Shown here piece after piece: positions 63,969 through 64,000 of a stretch of DNA of 64,000 nt. Every line of letters starts with the position of its first letter. Position 1 is the first letter of the stretch. The translations under genes and the position numbers were made by a program. The stretch is from an uncultured bacterium (GTDB lineage Bacteria; Zhuqueibacterota; QNDG01; CAYUAG01), in the NCBI GenBank assembly GCA_964442615.1, contig CAYUAG010000002.1:10702-74701 (forward strand), read 5' to 3'. The notes beneath the pieces are model-generated. The model was not told the DNA's origin, searched no databases, and saw only the letters and a list, made by a program, of their open reading frames with translations.

Positions 63969-64000
63969 AAAAAAGGGGATGACTAAAAAGTCCCATCCCT
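63969..64000 (-). terminator. Intrinsic terminator of a minus-strand gene lying beyond the right edge
   Basis: The reverse strand reads AGGGATGGGAC-TTTTTA-GTCATCCCC followed by TTTTTT. That is a 6+2 bp stem with a 2-nt bulge. The structure may extend past the window end. Confidence 0.5.

Noticed and set aside
1-64000. A CRISPR array, transposase or integrase, or rRNA anywhere in the window.
   Set aside because: I saw no regularly spaced 25-40-nt direct repeats. No ORF has DDE, tyrosine- or serine-recombinase motifs. No rRNA-like conserved stretches were found. The only repeats are those reported under findings.
1-64000. Sigma-54 promoters (TGGCAC-N5-TTGCW), looked for because an NtrC-type activator and rtcB are present.
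   Set aside because: Eye-scanning for GGCAC/GTGCC found only intragenic hits (for example 43783, 53938, 56158) without the -12 TTGC element at the right spacing. A proper position-weight-matrix scan could still find weaker sites.

Overview
This is an AT-rich bacterial chromosomal segment, roughly one-third G+C by eye, and it is densely coding. I count about 57 protein genes, 4 tRNAs and one long Alu-domain SRP RNA. I saw no rRNA, CRISPR array, transposase or integrase. All but nine genes lie on the minus strand.

Most of the content is housekeeping:
- Replication and repair: dnaE, dnaX-ybaB-recR, recN, pcrA, cinA-thpR-recA-recX.
- Translation and RNA: alaS, tadA, rtcB, hflX.
- Envelope and lipid: murA, mltG, pgsA-pgpA.
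- Metabolism: purL-purQ, panC, nadA.

Lineage cannot be fixed from sequence alone. A T9SS-type C-terminal sorting domain and a GGGPS/PcrB homolog suggest an FCB-superphylum or Cloacimonadota-like organism. The gene order (tadA-SRP RNA-dnaX-ybaB-recR; pgsA-cinA-recA) and the 272-nt SRP RNA look Firmicutes-like.

Things worth a second look:
1. The only multi-gene plus-strand block (39.1-44.3 kb, next to tRNA-Pro). It encodes TusA, a DsrE-like protein, an IscS homolog whose PLP-binding Lys is Thr, an IscU::DUF59 fusion, NadA, an exported rhodanese, an Rrf2 regulator and an exported double-YHS protein. It sits behind a near-consensus promoter with a perfect 10-bp inverted repeat. This is my best candidate for an undescribed desulfurase-independent sulfur-relay / Fe-S assembly system.
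2. An A10 run in dnaX with stops in both alternative frames, a candidate tau/gamma recoding site.
3. A double-propeller Y_Y_Y sensor whose whole cytoplasmic output is a ~50-aa CxxC...CxxC module.
4. An XRE-kaiB-kaiC operon.
5. A translationally coupled GGGPS-PHP phosphatase-SIS isomerase trio.
6. A previously unannotated family of intergenic repeat elements. One copy supplies the last codons of recA.
7. mltG, whose TM helix is encoded upstream of any ATG/GTG/TTG, which suggests an ATT start.
8. A type II R-M pair wedged between murA and dnaE.

All calls come from reading the sequence and the ORF translations by eye. No database search was run.
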